This document shows, in pieces, positions 55,501 through 64,000 of a stretch of 64,000 bases of DNA; within the stretch, counting starts at the first letter, position 1; each line of letters opens with the position of its first letter. This stretch comes from a phage. Location: the sequence record PZ402304.1; one strand, given 5' to 3'. The notes under the pieces are model-generated. The model had not been told where the DNA came from. It made no database searches and was given only the letters and a program-made list of their open reading frames with translations. The position numbers and the translations under genes are program-made.

Positions 55501-56390
55501 CAGTATTTGAAGCGGGTGACGAAACCGGATACCATTTCTATTCTCAGCGCGCTGCTGATAATAGAGTATCATTTAATATTAATGGAACACTTTATTCAAC
55601 AGGTATTGTTTCTACAAATGGATTAAATGTTACAGGTGTTTCTACCTTTACCGGGCCTATTAGTGCTACAGGCGAAATTGTTTCTAGTTCTCCTATTGCA
55701 TTCAGAGCTATTAACGGTAACTATGGTGTTATGCTTTATAATGCTGGTAACAGTTCTTATATTGCATTAACTAACTCAGGTGACCAGACCGGGACGTTTA
55801 ATAACTTACGCCCGATCACGATTAACAATGCCACAGGATTAGTTCGTCTTGACAACGGCGTTCAAATCACAAGTGGTGCAACAATAACTACCGGTGGGTT
55901 AACTGTAAATAACAGAATTATTTCTAACGGCGTTAAAACTGCCACTGTTTATACCGATAAACCAACAGCTTCTACTGTAGGTTTTTGGTCTATTGACATT
56001 AACGATTCTGCTGTATATAGCCAATTCCCTGGATACTGGACGCGTGATAACAAAGGTAACCGTGACCAAGAAATTAAATATCCTGGTACTTTGACTCAAT
56101 TTGGTAATAGCTTAGATTCGCTTTATCAGGATTGGATTTGTTATCCTACAGGTGCAAATGGTGGTAGTATTCGTTATACTCGTACCTGGCAGAAAAATAA
56201 AGATGCTTGGACTTCATTTGCAATGGTATTTGATAGTGGCAACCCACCTTCACCTAGCGATGTCGGTGCTATCCCATCTGATAATGCTGTTATTGGAAAC
56301 CTTACTATTCGAGACTTCTTACAATTAGGAAATGTGAGAATTGTTCCGGACCCGGTTAACAAAACAGTTAAATTTATATGGGTTGAATAA
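52557..56390 (+). CDS. 34: long tail fibre proximal subunit gp34
   Basis: 1277 aa with internal fibre repeats (ATQAETNxGTD...ITPKKL). Confidence 0.95.
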   Translation: MVDIKRKFRAEDGLDAGGDKIVNVALADRTVGTDGVNVDFLVQENTVQNYDETRAYTKDFIVLYDNRFYQALSDIPAPAGPFSLAKWKATRTDAEWITVQGGDFQLSVGNSIAVDTSAGTDINFTLPQNPLDGDTVILSDIGGRVGYVKVQITAAAQSIVNFRGQQVRSVLMTHPKSKMVFIFSNRLWQMYVSDYERNAVTVTPAKPYQAQPNDFIIRHFTSAAPINITLPRNANNGDIINLVDLDKLNPLYHTIVKTYDDTTSIREAGVHVAEGRNTAEAFFVYDSANSLWRVWEGDQKSRLRIVRNDTDLRPNEEVLVFGTDNNTISTVNLTLPTDILSGDTVKISLNYMRKGQTVKIKAAEGDTIASSISLLQFPKRSEYPPDAQWVSVSELEFNGDTSYVPVLELSYIEDYSSETKYWVVQQNTVTVERVDASSNNTRARLGVIALASQEQANVDLENAPGKELAITPETLANRTATETRRGIARIATTAQVNQNTDFAFQDDLIISPKKLNERTATETRRGVAEVATQAETNAGTDDTTIITPKKLDARQGSEVLSGIVKYTSTTGTTAATIRGNAGTNVYNKAVDNLTISPKALDQYKATPTQQGAVILAIESEVIAGESQAGWANAVVTPETLHKKTSTDGRIGLIEIATQAETNTGTDYTRAVTPKTLNDRKATEGLSGIAEIATQVEFDTGTDDTRISSPLKIKTHFDSSDRTSVNSDSGLIEEGTLWNHYTLDISKANETQRGTLRVATQAESNAGTLDDVLITPKKLLGTKSTETSEGVIKVATQAETVTGTSANTAVSPKNLKWIVQSEPSWTATTAIRGFVKTSSGSITFVGDDTQGNTQDLNLYEKNSYAISPYELNRVLANYLPLKAKAADSNLLDGLDSLQFIRRDIDQTVNGSLSFTKQTNLSAPLVSTSTASFGSEASVTRRLTLNDSSGSEIIFTKGTQSLSNKENFVVRAWGNSATDGARDTVFEAGDETGYHFYSQRAADNRVSFNINGTLYSTGIVSTNGLNVTGVSTFTGPISATGEIVSSSPIAFRAINGNYGVMLYNAGNSSYIALTNSGDQTGTFNNLRPITINNATGLVRLDNGVQITSGATITTGGLTVNNRIISNGVKTATVYTDKPTASTVGFWSIDINDSAVYSQFPGYWTRDNKGNRDQEIKYPGTLTQFGNSLDSLYQDWICYPTGANGGSIRYTRTWQKNKDAWTSFAMVFDSGNPPSPSDVGAIPSDNAVIGNLTIRDFLQLGNVRIVPDPVNKTVKFIWVE

Positions 56391-56398
56391 GAGGTTAT

Positions 56399-57523
56399 AT
56401 GGAAAAATTTATGGCAAGGTTTGGACAGGGATACGTCCAAACGCCGTTTTTATCGGAAAGCAATTCAGTTAGATTTAAGCTAAGTATAGCGGGTTCATGC
56501 CCGCTTTCAACAACTAATCCGTATATTTTGTTCCAAAACGAGCCTTTAGGGTTGCAGTCTTTTGGTATTGGACTAAATGTTAGGGTGATAAATCCGGAAA
56601 ATGGAACTATAGTTGATAGTAAATTATACAATTTTGCGCCTACAAATAATGCAACTTCAGCTGCATTTATTTCGTTTGTTAATACATACGCAGATAATTT
56701 CATTTTCGCATTTATTTCTAATAACAAATTTAATTTGCCGCCGGAAATAATTGAATGGTTTAAAGCTGCTGGGAGTTCAGTTATACCGTCAATTGAAGTT
56801 GCTAGTCTTGTTGATATTTCATATTCAGCGTTTTATGTTTCAGGTAAAAATACTATTGCATTAGAACACATAAAATACAGTAATAAGAAAACAATTTCTG
56901 ATTACGCAACTCCATTAGATATTGTATATGACTCTATTGCTGATATAGGTGCTACCGGCTATCCTAGACGTACATATGAAGCTCTAGAAACGTTTTTATC
57001 TCATGTTGGAAGAACTAACAATGAAATAAAAAGGATGCCTACATCATCCCTTGTTACTCCTATCGCAAACTATGGATTAAAGCCTACAGATTTTCTTTAT
57101 TTGAAATTTCAATTAATGGCTGATGAAGAATTATTAGAGGAAGGAACCACAAGACTTTCAATTCGTTTCTTTAAGTCTCCATCTAGCTCTCCTATATCAT
57201 CTAAAGATATAAACTTTGATGGAACTGCCGGGGAGTGGAAGCTATATGAAGAATACGTTGAAATACCAGCTGAAGCTGATGGCTTTACAGTATATTGTTA
57301 CCGTACGGCCTCAGTCGGTCAAGGTGGACTAAGAAATGTTATTTTCACTGAAGTATCATGTAACGGAAGTATAGCAAAACCAGCCGAGTTTGGTATAAAC
57401 GGTATTCGTGTTAATTACATTGATGAATCATTAACCGGTAATGATATAATGGACTTGCCTACTCAGTTATCTAACGACACAGGTAAGGTATTTGGGCAGG
57501 AATTTAAAGAGTACACAGAATAA
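56399..57523 (+). CDS. 35: long tail fibre hinge connector gp35
   Basis: 374 aa, T4 gp35 size and position. Confidence 0.85.
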   Translation: MEKFMARFGQGYVQTPFLSESNSVRFKLSIAGSCPLSTTNPYILFQNEPLGLQSFGIGLNVRVINPENGTIVDSKLYNFAPTNNATSAAFISFVNTYADNFIFAFISNNKFNLPPEIIEWFKAAGSSVIPSIEVASLVDISYSAFYVSGKNTIALEHIKYSNKKTISDYATPLDIVYDSIADIGATGYPRRTYEALETFLSHVGRTNNEIKRMPTSSLVTPIANYGLKPTDFLYLKFQLMADEELLEEGTTRLSIRFFKSPSSSPISSKDINFDGTAGEWKLYEEYVEIPAEADGFTVYCYRTASVGQGGLRNVIFTEVSCNGSIAKPAEFGINGIRVNYIDESLTGNDIMDLPTQLSNDTGKVFGQEFKEYTE

Positions 57524-57524
57524 A

Positions 57525-57548
57525 GGAGGCTTCGGTCTCCTTTTCGCG
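57525..57548 (+). terminator. hairpin terminator after gene 35
   Basis: GGAGGC-UUCG-GUCUCC followed by UUUUCG. Confidence 0.5.
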
Positions 57549-57556
57549 TATAAATA
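57549..57556 (+). promoter_or_regulatory. late promoter TATAAATA upstream of gene 36
   Basis: exact TATAAATA followed by AAGGAG RBS. Confidence 0.55.
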
Positions 57557-57582
57557 CTTTAATATTAATAAGGAGACACGAA

Positions 57583-58239
57583 ATGGCCGATTTAAAAGCC
57601 GGAAGTACAGTTGGTGGTTCCGTCATATGGCATCAAGGCAATTTTCCTTTAATGCCAGCTGGCGATGACATCCTATATAAAACATTTAAATTATACACCG
57701 AATATAACAAGCCAAAAGCGGCTGATAACGATTTCGTATCTAAAGCAAACGGTGGGACATATCTCAAAAAGGTAATCTTTAACGAAGGTGTTGCAGTCAA
57801 AACAACAGATGACCAAACGAATGGTATTTTTTCTGGTGGTGGTGACGCCGCGACATTCGACCAAACAAACATGGATATTGTTTCGTGGTATGGTATTGGG
57901 TTTAAATCATCTCAAGGTACAGGTGAAAGAACTGTTGTAATTGATACTCGCACCGGTAATATAAGTTCTAAAGGCGTTATTGAAGCATCTCAATTCAGAG
58001 CCACAACGTTAGCACCTTTAAATAATTACGACCTTACTCGCAAAGATTATGTTGATAGTCAAATAAATACAGTTAATGCTAATGCAAACAGTCGTGTACT
58101 CCGTTCAGGAGATACGATGACCGGCGCGCTAACCGCCCCAAACTTTTTCTCACAGAATCCTGCATCTCAACCCTCGCATGTTCCACGATTTGACCAAATT
58201 GTTATTAAGGATTCTGTTCAAGATTTCGGCTATTATTAA
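57583..58239 (+). CDS. 36: long tail fibre distal connector gp36
   Basis: 218 aa, T4 gp36 size and position. Confidence 0.85.
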   Translation: MADLKAGSTVGGSVIWHQGNFPLMPAGDDILYKTFKLYTEYNKPKAADNDFVSKANGGTYLKKVIFNEGVAVKTTDDQTNGIFSGGGDAATFDQTNMDIVSWYGIGFKSSQGTGERTVVIDTRTGNISSKGVIEASQFRATTLAPLNNYDLTRKDYVDSQINTVNANANSRVLRSGDTMTGALTAPNFFSQNPASQPSHVPRFDQIVIKDSVQDFGYY

Positions 58240-58247
58240 GAGGACTT

Positions 58248-61200
58248 ATGGCTACTTTAAAACAAATACAATTTAAAAGAAGCAAAACTGCAGGAGCACG
58301 TCCTGCTGCTTCAGTATTAGCCGAAGGTGAATTGGCTATAAACTTAAAAGACCGTGTACTTTTTACTAAAGATGACCAAGGAAATATTATTGATCTGGGT
58401 TTTGCTAAAGGTGGTAGTATTGACGGGAATGTTATTCATACTGGCAATTATAACCAAACTGGCGATTATACTTTAAATGGAACCTTCACTCAGACAGGTA
58501 ATTTTAATTTAACTGGTATTGCTCGAGTAACTCGCGATATTATTGCCGCCGGGCAGATTATGACCGAAGGCGGAGAACTTATTACAAAAAGTTCAGGTAC
58601 ATCACATGTTCGTTTTTTCGATGGCAATAGCCGCGAACGTGGCATTATCTTTTCGCCAAATAATGCTGGAGCGACCACTCAGGTAGTTAATATTCGCGTA
58701 CAAGATTATGCCGCTGATAGCGAAAGCATTTATGCGTTTTCAGGCAACGGTGTATTTTCTTCACCTGAAGTATCGGCACGGAAATCTATTTCGTCTCCAC
58801 AAATTCTGACCAATAAAGTTATTACAGATGGGAAGAAGACAGGCGATTATGATATCTATTCATTAGCAAATAACACTCCATTGGCAGAAAGCGAAACGGC
58901 TATTAACCACCTCCGCGTTATGCGAAATGCCGTAGGATCTGGTATATTCCATGAAGTTAAAGATAACTACGGGATAACCTGGTACGCCGGTGACGGGTTA
59001 GATGCCTATCTTTGGTCGTTTACCTGGTCCGGTGGATTGAAAGCAGGCCATTCTGTTTCTATAGGTCTTCCAGGTGGCTCTAAAGGATACTCTGAACTAG
59101 GGACTGCTTCGATTGCTCTTGGTGATAATGATACCGGATTTAAATGGCATCAGGACGGATATTTTCATACAGTAAACAACGGAACAAGAACTTTCGTTTA
59201 CGGTCCTGCGGAAACACAAAGCCTTAGAAAAATGGTTATGGGTTATTCTCCGGATGGGATTCTTATGACAACGCCACCGACAGAAAACTATGCATTAGCC
59301 ACTGTTGTTACTTACCATGATAATAACGCGTTTGGAGATGGTCAGACTCTTTTGGGATATTATCAAGGCGGTAACTATCATCATTATTTCCGCGGCAAGG
59401 GTACCACAAACATTAATACTCATGGCGGTTTGTTAGTTACTCCAGGTAATATTGATGTTATTGGCGGTTCTGTTAATATTGATGGTCGTAATAATGCTTC
59501 TACGCTGATGTTTAGAGGTAACACAACTGGTAGCAGTTCAGTTGATAATATGACAATTTCTGTATGGGGTAATACGTTTACTAATCCTAGTGTAGGTAAT
59601 CGTAAAAATGTCATGGAAATTTCTGACGCAACTAGCTGGATGAGTTATATTCAAAGACTTACTACCGGTGAAGTAGAAATGAACGTCAATGGTTCATTTG
59701 AATCATCCGGTGTTACTGCTGGAAATAGAGGAGTTCACACAACAGGCGAAATTTCATCTGGAGCAGTTAATGCGCTTCGCATTTGGAATGCAGATTATGG
59801 AGCCATTTTTAGACGTTCAGAAGGCAGTCTTCATATTATTCCAACTGCTTACGGTGAAGGTAAACATGGCGATATCGGTCCACTTCGCCCGTTTAGTATG
59901 GCTTTAGATACTGGTAAAGTTACTATTCCAGATTTACAATCAAGTTACAATACGTTTGCTGCTAACGGTTATATTAAATTTGTTGGTCATGGAGCGGGTG
60001 CCGGCGGTTATGACATTCAATATGTTCAAGCAGCTCCTATTTTCCAGGAAATTGATGATGATGCTATAAGCAAATATTATCCTATTGTTAAACAGAAGTT
60101 TTTAAACGGCAAAGCTGTTTGGTCTTTAGGTACTGAAATTAATTCGGGTACATTCGTTATTCATCATCTGAAAGAAGATGGTTCACAAGGCCATACGTCT
60201 CGTTTTAATCAAGACGGTACTGTTAACTTCCCAGATAACGTTTCTGTCGGCGGTGGTGAAGCTACTATTGCTCGCAATGGTAATATCTGGTCTGATATCT
60301 GGAAAACGTTTACTTCAGCAGGCGACGTAACTAATATTCGCGATGCAATAGCTACTCGTGTTGCTAAAGAAGGCGATACGATGACCGGCACTCTTTGGAT
60401 TAATAAAGATGCTGCCGGAATAGTTCTTAATCCTCCTTTGGCTAGTGATTCGTCATTTATTCGTTCTGATACGGCCGGGGCCAATAATTGGTATATTGGT
60501 AAAGGCGGTGCCGACAATGGTCTAGGTTTTTACAGTTACATTACACAAGGCGGTGTATACATAACAAATAACGGCGAAATATCGCTTTCTCCTCAAGGTC
60601 AAGGAACATTTAATTTTAATAGAGACCGCCTTCATATAAACGGTACACAATGGGTTGCGCATAAATCTGGCGCCTGGGGTGACCAATGGGGTTTAGAAGC
60701 TCCTATATTTGTAGATTTTGGATCCGTCAGCAATGACTGCTATTATCCTATTATTAAAGGAAAATCTGGTATTACTAACGAAGGATATTTTTCCGGCGTA
60801 GATTTTGGTATGCGACGCATTACTAATAACTGGGCACAAGGTATTATTCGTGTAGGTAACCAGGAAAATGGCCATGACCCACAAGCTATATATGAATTCC
60901 ATCATAACGGCACTTTTTATTCTCCTAACATGGTTAAAACCGGCGCAAGACTATCAGCTGGTGGTGGTGACCCGGTATGGACTGGACCATGTCTTGTTAT
61001 TGGTGATAATGACACTGGCTTAGTATGGGGTGGCGACGGTCGAATAAATATGGTTGCCAATGGTATACATATTGCAAACTGGGGAGCAGGCTATCAATCT
61101 CATCCTGGGCTTTGGGATTCAACCGGCGCTTTTTGGACAGAAACTGGAAGAGCTATCGTTTCTCATGGGCATCTCGTTCAGGCAAATGATAGTTATTCAA

Positions 61201-61562
61201 CGTATGTCCGTGATGTTTATGTCCGTTCTGATATTCGCGTTAAAAAAGACCTTGTTAAATTTGAAAATGCTTCTCAGAAGCTTTCTAAAATTAACGGTTA
61301 CACTTATATGCAGAAGCGAGGCCTAGATGAAGAAGGCAATCAGAAATGGGAACCTAACGCAGGTTTGATAGCTCAAGAAGTTCAAGCTATTTTACCTGAA
61401 TTAGTTGAAGGTGACACTGATGGCGAAGCTTTACTTCGTTTGAACTATAACGGTGTAATTGGTTTAAATACAGCTGCAATCAATGAGCATACTGCAGAAA
61501 TTGCAGAACTTAAGTCAGAGATTGAAGAGCTTAAAAAATTAGTTAAATCATTGTTAAAATAA
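58248..61562 (+). CDS. 37: long tail fibre distal subunit gp37 with C-terminal intramolecular chaperone-like domain
   Basis: 1104 aa; C-terminal SDIRVKKD...NYNGVIGL...coiled-coil resembles self-cleaving chaperone domains. Confidence 0.9.
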   Translation: MATLKQIQFKRSKTAGARPAASVLAEGELAINLKDRVLFTKDDQGNIIDLGFAKGGSIDGNVIHTGNYNQTGDYTLNGTFTQTGNFNLTGIARVTRDIIAAGQIMTEGGELITKSSGTSHVRFFDGNSRERGIIFSPNNAGATTQVVNIRVQDYAADSESIYAFSGNGVFSSPEVSARKSISSPQILTNKVITDGKKTGDYDIYSLANNTPLAESETAINHLRVMRNAVGSGIFHEVKDNYGITWYAGDGLDAYLWSFTWSGGLKAGHSVSIGLPGGSKGYSELGTASIALGDNDTGFKWHQDGYFHTVNNGTRTFVYGPAETQSLRKMVMGYSPDGILMTTPPTENYALATVVTYHDNNAFGDGQTLLGYYQGGNYHHYFRGKGTTNINTHGGLLVTPGNIDVIGGSVNIDGRNNASTLMFRGNTTGSSSVDNMTISVWGNTFTNPSVGNRKNVMEISDATSWMSYIQRLTTGEVEMNVNGSFESSGVTAGNRGVHTTGEISSGAVNALRIWNADYGAIFRRSEGSLHIIPTAYGEGKHGDIGPLRPFSMALDTGKVTIPDLQSSYNTFAANGYIKFVGHGAGAGGYDIQYVQAAPIFQEIDDDAISKYYPIVKQKFLNGKAVWSLGTEINSGTFVIHHLKEDGSQGHTSRFNQDGTVNFPDNVSVGGGEATIARNGNIWSDIWKTFTSAGDVTNIRDAIATRVAKEGDTMTGTLWINKDAAGIVLNPPLASDSSFIRSDTAGANNWYIGKGGADNGLGFYSYITQGGVYITNNGEISLSPQGQGTFNFNRDRLHINGTQWVAHKSGAWGDQWGLEAPIFVDFGSVSNDCYYPIIKGKSGITNEGYFSGVDFGMRRITNNWAQGIIRVGNQENGHDPQAIYEFHHNGTFYSPNMVKTGARLSAGGGDPVWTGPCLVIGDNDTGLVWGGDGRINMVANGIHIANWGAGYQSHPGLWDSTGAFWTETGRAIVSHGHLVQANDSYSTYVRDVYVRSDIRVKKDLVKFENASQKLSKINGYTYMQKRGLDEEGNQKWEPNAGLIAQEVQAILPELVEGDTDGEALLRLNYNGVIGLNTAAINEHTAEIAELKSEIEELKKLVKSLLK

Positions 61563-61592
61563 TAGAGGGGCTTCGGCCCCTTGGAGGTTTAT

Positions 61593-62366
61593 ATGGCAGT
61601 TGAAGGACCGTGGGTAGGATGGTCTGCAAGGGTACAGACTGGAGATCCTTGGATGGGTGGTGCCGCACAGAGATTAAGAATGGGCATTCCGTTCTGGATG
61701 AGTAATATGATAGGTCGATCTGTTGAAGTAATTCACACACTTGGAGCAGACCATAACTTCAATGGTCAATGGTTCCGAGATAGATGTTTTGAGGCAGGCA
61801 GTGCACCTATAGTGTTTAATATCACTGGAAATTTAGTATCATATAGTAAAGATGTTCCATTATTCTTTATGTATGGCGATACACCAAATGAATATGTTAC
61901 TTTGAATATTCATGGTGGTGTTCATATGTGGGGCCGAGGTGGTAATGGTAGCGTAAATGGAAGCCCAGGCACAAATGGCGGCGATGTAATCCAAAATGAT
62001 ATCGGCGGAAGACTTCGTATTTGGAACTACGGCGTTATTGCATCAGGTGGCGGTGGCGGTGGTGCAGTGTCGTTAAAGAATAGCTGGCCTGCAAATTCTA
62101 CAGCAGGTGGCGGTGGTGGTAGACCATTTGGCATCGGCGGTGGCGGCGTTAATTGGCCTGGTGGTAATGCTAGTTATGACGGTCCAGGTGGTGGTGGTGG
62201 TACAAGTCAATATGGCGGTGGGCGTGGCGGTGATGCTGGAGGTTGGGGCGGAGATGGATGGGGTAAGAACTTGTCCAGATCTGGCGGTGGTGCTCCTGGC
62301 AGAGCAGTATTCGGAAGTTCACCGTCATGGGGTGCTACAGGCACAATCTACGGCTCCTGGATTTAA
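61593..62366 (+). CDS. 38: gp38-type receptor-recognising adhesin (T2-like, glycine-rich motifs)
   Basis: 257 aa from the ATG after GGAGG RBS; multiple poly-Gly motifs flanking variable segments. Confidence 0.8.
   Translation: MAVEGPWVGWSARVQTGDPWMGGAAQRLRMGIPFWMSNMIGRSVEVIHTLGADHNFNGQWFRDRCFEAGSAPIVFNITGNLVSYSKDVPLFFMYGDTPNEYVTLNIHGGVHMWGRGGNGSVNGSPGTNGGDVIQNDIGGRLRIWNYGVIASGGGGGGAVSLKNSWPANSTAGGGGGRPFGIGGGGVNWPGGNASYDGPGGGGGTSQYGGGRGGDAGGWGGDGWGKNLSRSGGGAPGRAVFGSSPSWGATGTIYGSWI
62040..62300 (+). repeat. GGT/GGC glycine-codon microrepeats within gene 38
   Basis: runs of ggtggcggtggc / ggtggtggtggt encoding the poly-Gly motifs; approximate bounds. Confidence 0.7.
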
Positions 62367-62384
62367 ACGATAATACCTCTCAAT

Positions 62385-62392
62385 TATAAATA
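62385..62392 (+). promoter_or_regulatory. late promoter TATAAATA upstream of holin gene t
   Basis: exact TATAAATA followed by GGGAGG RBS. Confidence 0.55.
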
Positions 62393-62411
62393 TTGATAAA
62401 TGGGAGGTAAT

Positions 62412-63071
62412 ATGGCAGCACCAAAAGTATCATTTTCGCCTAGTGATATTTTATTTGGGTTGCTAGACCGCATTTTCAAAGATAACGCCTCTGGAAATAT
62501 TCTTATTTCAAGAGTTGCTGTTGTAGTTCTTTTGTTCCTAATGGCACTAATATGGTACAAAGGGAATATTTTTATGGATTATTACGTGAGGTCTAAATAT
62601 GATACTTACACAGAAGTAATTCAAAAAGAAAGAAATACACGATTTGAATCTGCGGCTTTAGAGCAACTACAAATAGTCCACGTCACATCAAGGGCGGATT
62701 TTAGTTCGGTGTATTCTTTCAGACCTAAAAATCTAAATTATTTCGTCGACCTTATTGCGTATGAAGGTAAGTTACCTAGCACAGTAACTGAAAAATCTAT
62801 GGGAGGATTTCCTGTTGATAAAACGACAGCAGAATATTCAGTCCATTTAAGTGGACTTCACTTTACTTCTAAAACAGATTTTGCTTTCTTACCTACCAAA
62901 TCAAAAACTCCGGAACTGGCGTATATGTATAGTTGTCCTTACTTCAATTTGGATAACATATATGCTGGAACTGTTTCTATGTATTGGTATAAGGGGTCGG
63001 ATGTGTTAAATGAAGAACGCTTGGCTGCAATATGCAACCAAGCAGCAAGGATATTAGGGCGGGCTAAATAA
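62412..63071 (+). CDS. t: holin T
   Basis: 219 aa from MAAPKVSF; single N-terminal TMD then large periplasmic domain; T4 T-like. Confidence 0.9.
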   Translation: MAAPKVSFSPSDILFGLLDRIFKDNASGNILISRVAVVVLLFLMALIWYKGNIFMDYYVRSKYDTYTEVIQKERNTRFESAALEQLQIVHVTSRADFSSVYSFRPKNLNYFVDLIAYEGKLPSTVTEKSMGGFPVDKTTAEYSVHLSGLHFTSKTDFAFLPTKSKTPELAYMYSCPYFNLDNIYAGTVSMYWYKGSDVLNEERLAAICNQAARILGRAK

Positions 63072-63344
63072 TTAGTTGTTAGAATACATCGTCAAATGGC
63101 GATAAATATTTTCAAAACCTTCATTGAATTCACTAATCAGTGTTTTCTTTTCTTCGGCAGTTAAATTTGTAATTAGTTTTCTGAACGAATTCTGATTTAG
63201 CTGCCGACCATCTTTTTTAATTCCAATCTCATTCAAGAATCCGATGAAATTTGCTCGGTCTTCAACAATATCTTCCCTCGAGAATTTAATCAAAATAGAA
63301 GCAACCGTAATAATTTCACGTACAATTTCAATATCTTTATTCAT
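63072..63344 (-). CDS. asiA: AsiA anti-sigma-70 factor
   Basis: 90 aa, near-identical in character to T4 AsiA as recalled. Confidence 0.9.
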   Translation of the reverse strand: MNKDIEIVREIITVASILIKFSREDIVEDRANFIGFLNEIGIKKDGRQLNQNSFRKLITNLTAEEKKTLISEFNEGFENIYRHLTMYSNN

Positions 63345-63390
63345 AACGTTTTATTCATTCCATTTTGTTGATATGAGTATAGTACCATTA

Positions 63391-63552
63391 TCAGTGTTGA
63401 TTGTAAACAGCTTTTTCTACACTTTTAACGTAATCAGTGTAGTCTTCCTGTTCATACGAGTGTAAGGCCAAGAACGTGGCTAATAGTTCATTATAGACTA
63501 AAGCCTCACGCTCACGTTCTGCCTCTACTACGTTCTGAAGATTATGGCTCAT
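63391..63552 (-). CDS. hypothetical small acidic protein
   Basis: 53 aa from internal ATG; start uncertain. Confidence 0.35.
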   Translation of the reverse strand: MSHNLQNVVEAEREREALVYNELLATFLALHSYEQEDYTDYVKSVEKAVYNQH

Positions 63553-63841
63553 ATCGTTCCTTATAACTATCAATGTAGTCCTGTATGTCAAAGAATGACA
63601 TTTCATATTCTAGGGCATTAAGAGCCCGTTCTTCAGTATAGTCAGAACCAAATACGATAGTGATTTCACCAGGCTTCATATGATTGAAATCGACACTAAA
63701 AGGAATACGAGAACATACTTCGTCTGCCATATCTGCAACAACACTACGATACACTTCTCGGTTAACCTGATAAAGCTCTGAGAGTTCTTCACAACGAATA
63801 ACAAGTTCAGTGGCAGGTTTTTCTTTGATTTTAGTAAACAT
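63542..63841 (-). CDS. hypothetical acidic protein, possibly Arn-like anti-restriction protein
   Basis: 99 aa from internal ATG (MFTKIKEK...), acidic; position of arn in T4 gene order; identity not established. Confidence 0.35.
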   Translation of the reverse strand: MFTKIKEKPATELVIRCEELSELYQVNREVYRSVVADMADEVCSRIPFSVDFNHMKPGEITIVFGSDYTEERALNALEYEMSFFDIQDYIDSYKERYEP

Positions 63842-64000
63842 AGTCTTTACCCTTATGTTTTTGTTTGCGTTTAGATTGAAGTTCTGATTTCTTCTTGTCC
63901 TTATGAACAGAAGCCTTATTGAAATCATGTTTTGCTACAAGATTGTTCATAATGCTTTATAACCTCATTTAGACATTTATCGGTAAAAGAAAACTTTTTA

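Noticed and set aside
62040-62300. Short GGT/GGC direct repeats that could be mistaken for a CRISPR-like or satellite array
   Set aside because: They are in-frame glycine codons inside gene 38 with no regular repeat-spacer periodicity.

Overview
This window is a contiguous ~64-kb segment of a T4-like (T-even) myovirus genome, collinear with the T4 map from gene 16 through asiA/arn. All protein identifications rest on reading the supplied six-frame translations against T4 family knowledge from memory; no database search was run. Plus-strand late structural blocks: terminase 16/17, tail sheath/tube 18/19, portal 20, prohead core/protease/scaffold 67/68/21/22, major capsid 23, vertex 24; baseplate hub 51/27/28/29/48/54; long tail fibre 34/35/36/37 with a 38-type adhesin, then holin t. 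Minus-strand early/middle blocks: rnlB, hoc, inh; uvsY, 25, 26; alt, DNA ligase 30 and 30.x ORFs, rIII, 31, cd, pseT, spanin pair, alc, rnlA, denA, nrdB, nrdA, td, frd, 32, 59, 33, dsbA, rnh; asiA. Regulatory punctuation is T4-like: TATAAATA late promoters, GTTTAC-type early promoters, two MotA-box middle promoters, and many UUCG/CGAA-tetraloop hairpins. Most notable differences from canonical T4: (1) an intact host-like DAHP synthase gene between cd and pseT; (2) a perfect 77-bp tandem duplication at the gene 26/25 junction that creates a coupled mini-ORF; (3) an extra 115-aa ORF between frd and td; (4) a T2-type gp37 C-terminus plus glycine-rich gp38 adhesin; (5) a NADAR-like ORF in the alt/30.x region; (6) two GIY-YIG homing endonuclease genes but uninterrupted nrdB and td. 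No tRNA, CRISPR array or integrase was seen.
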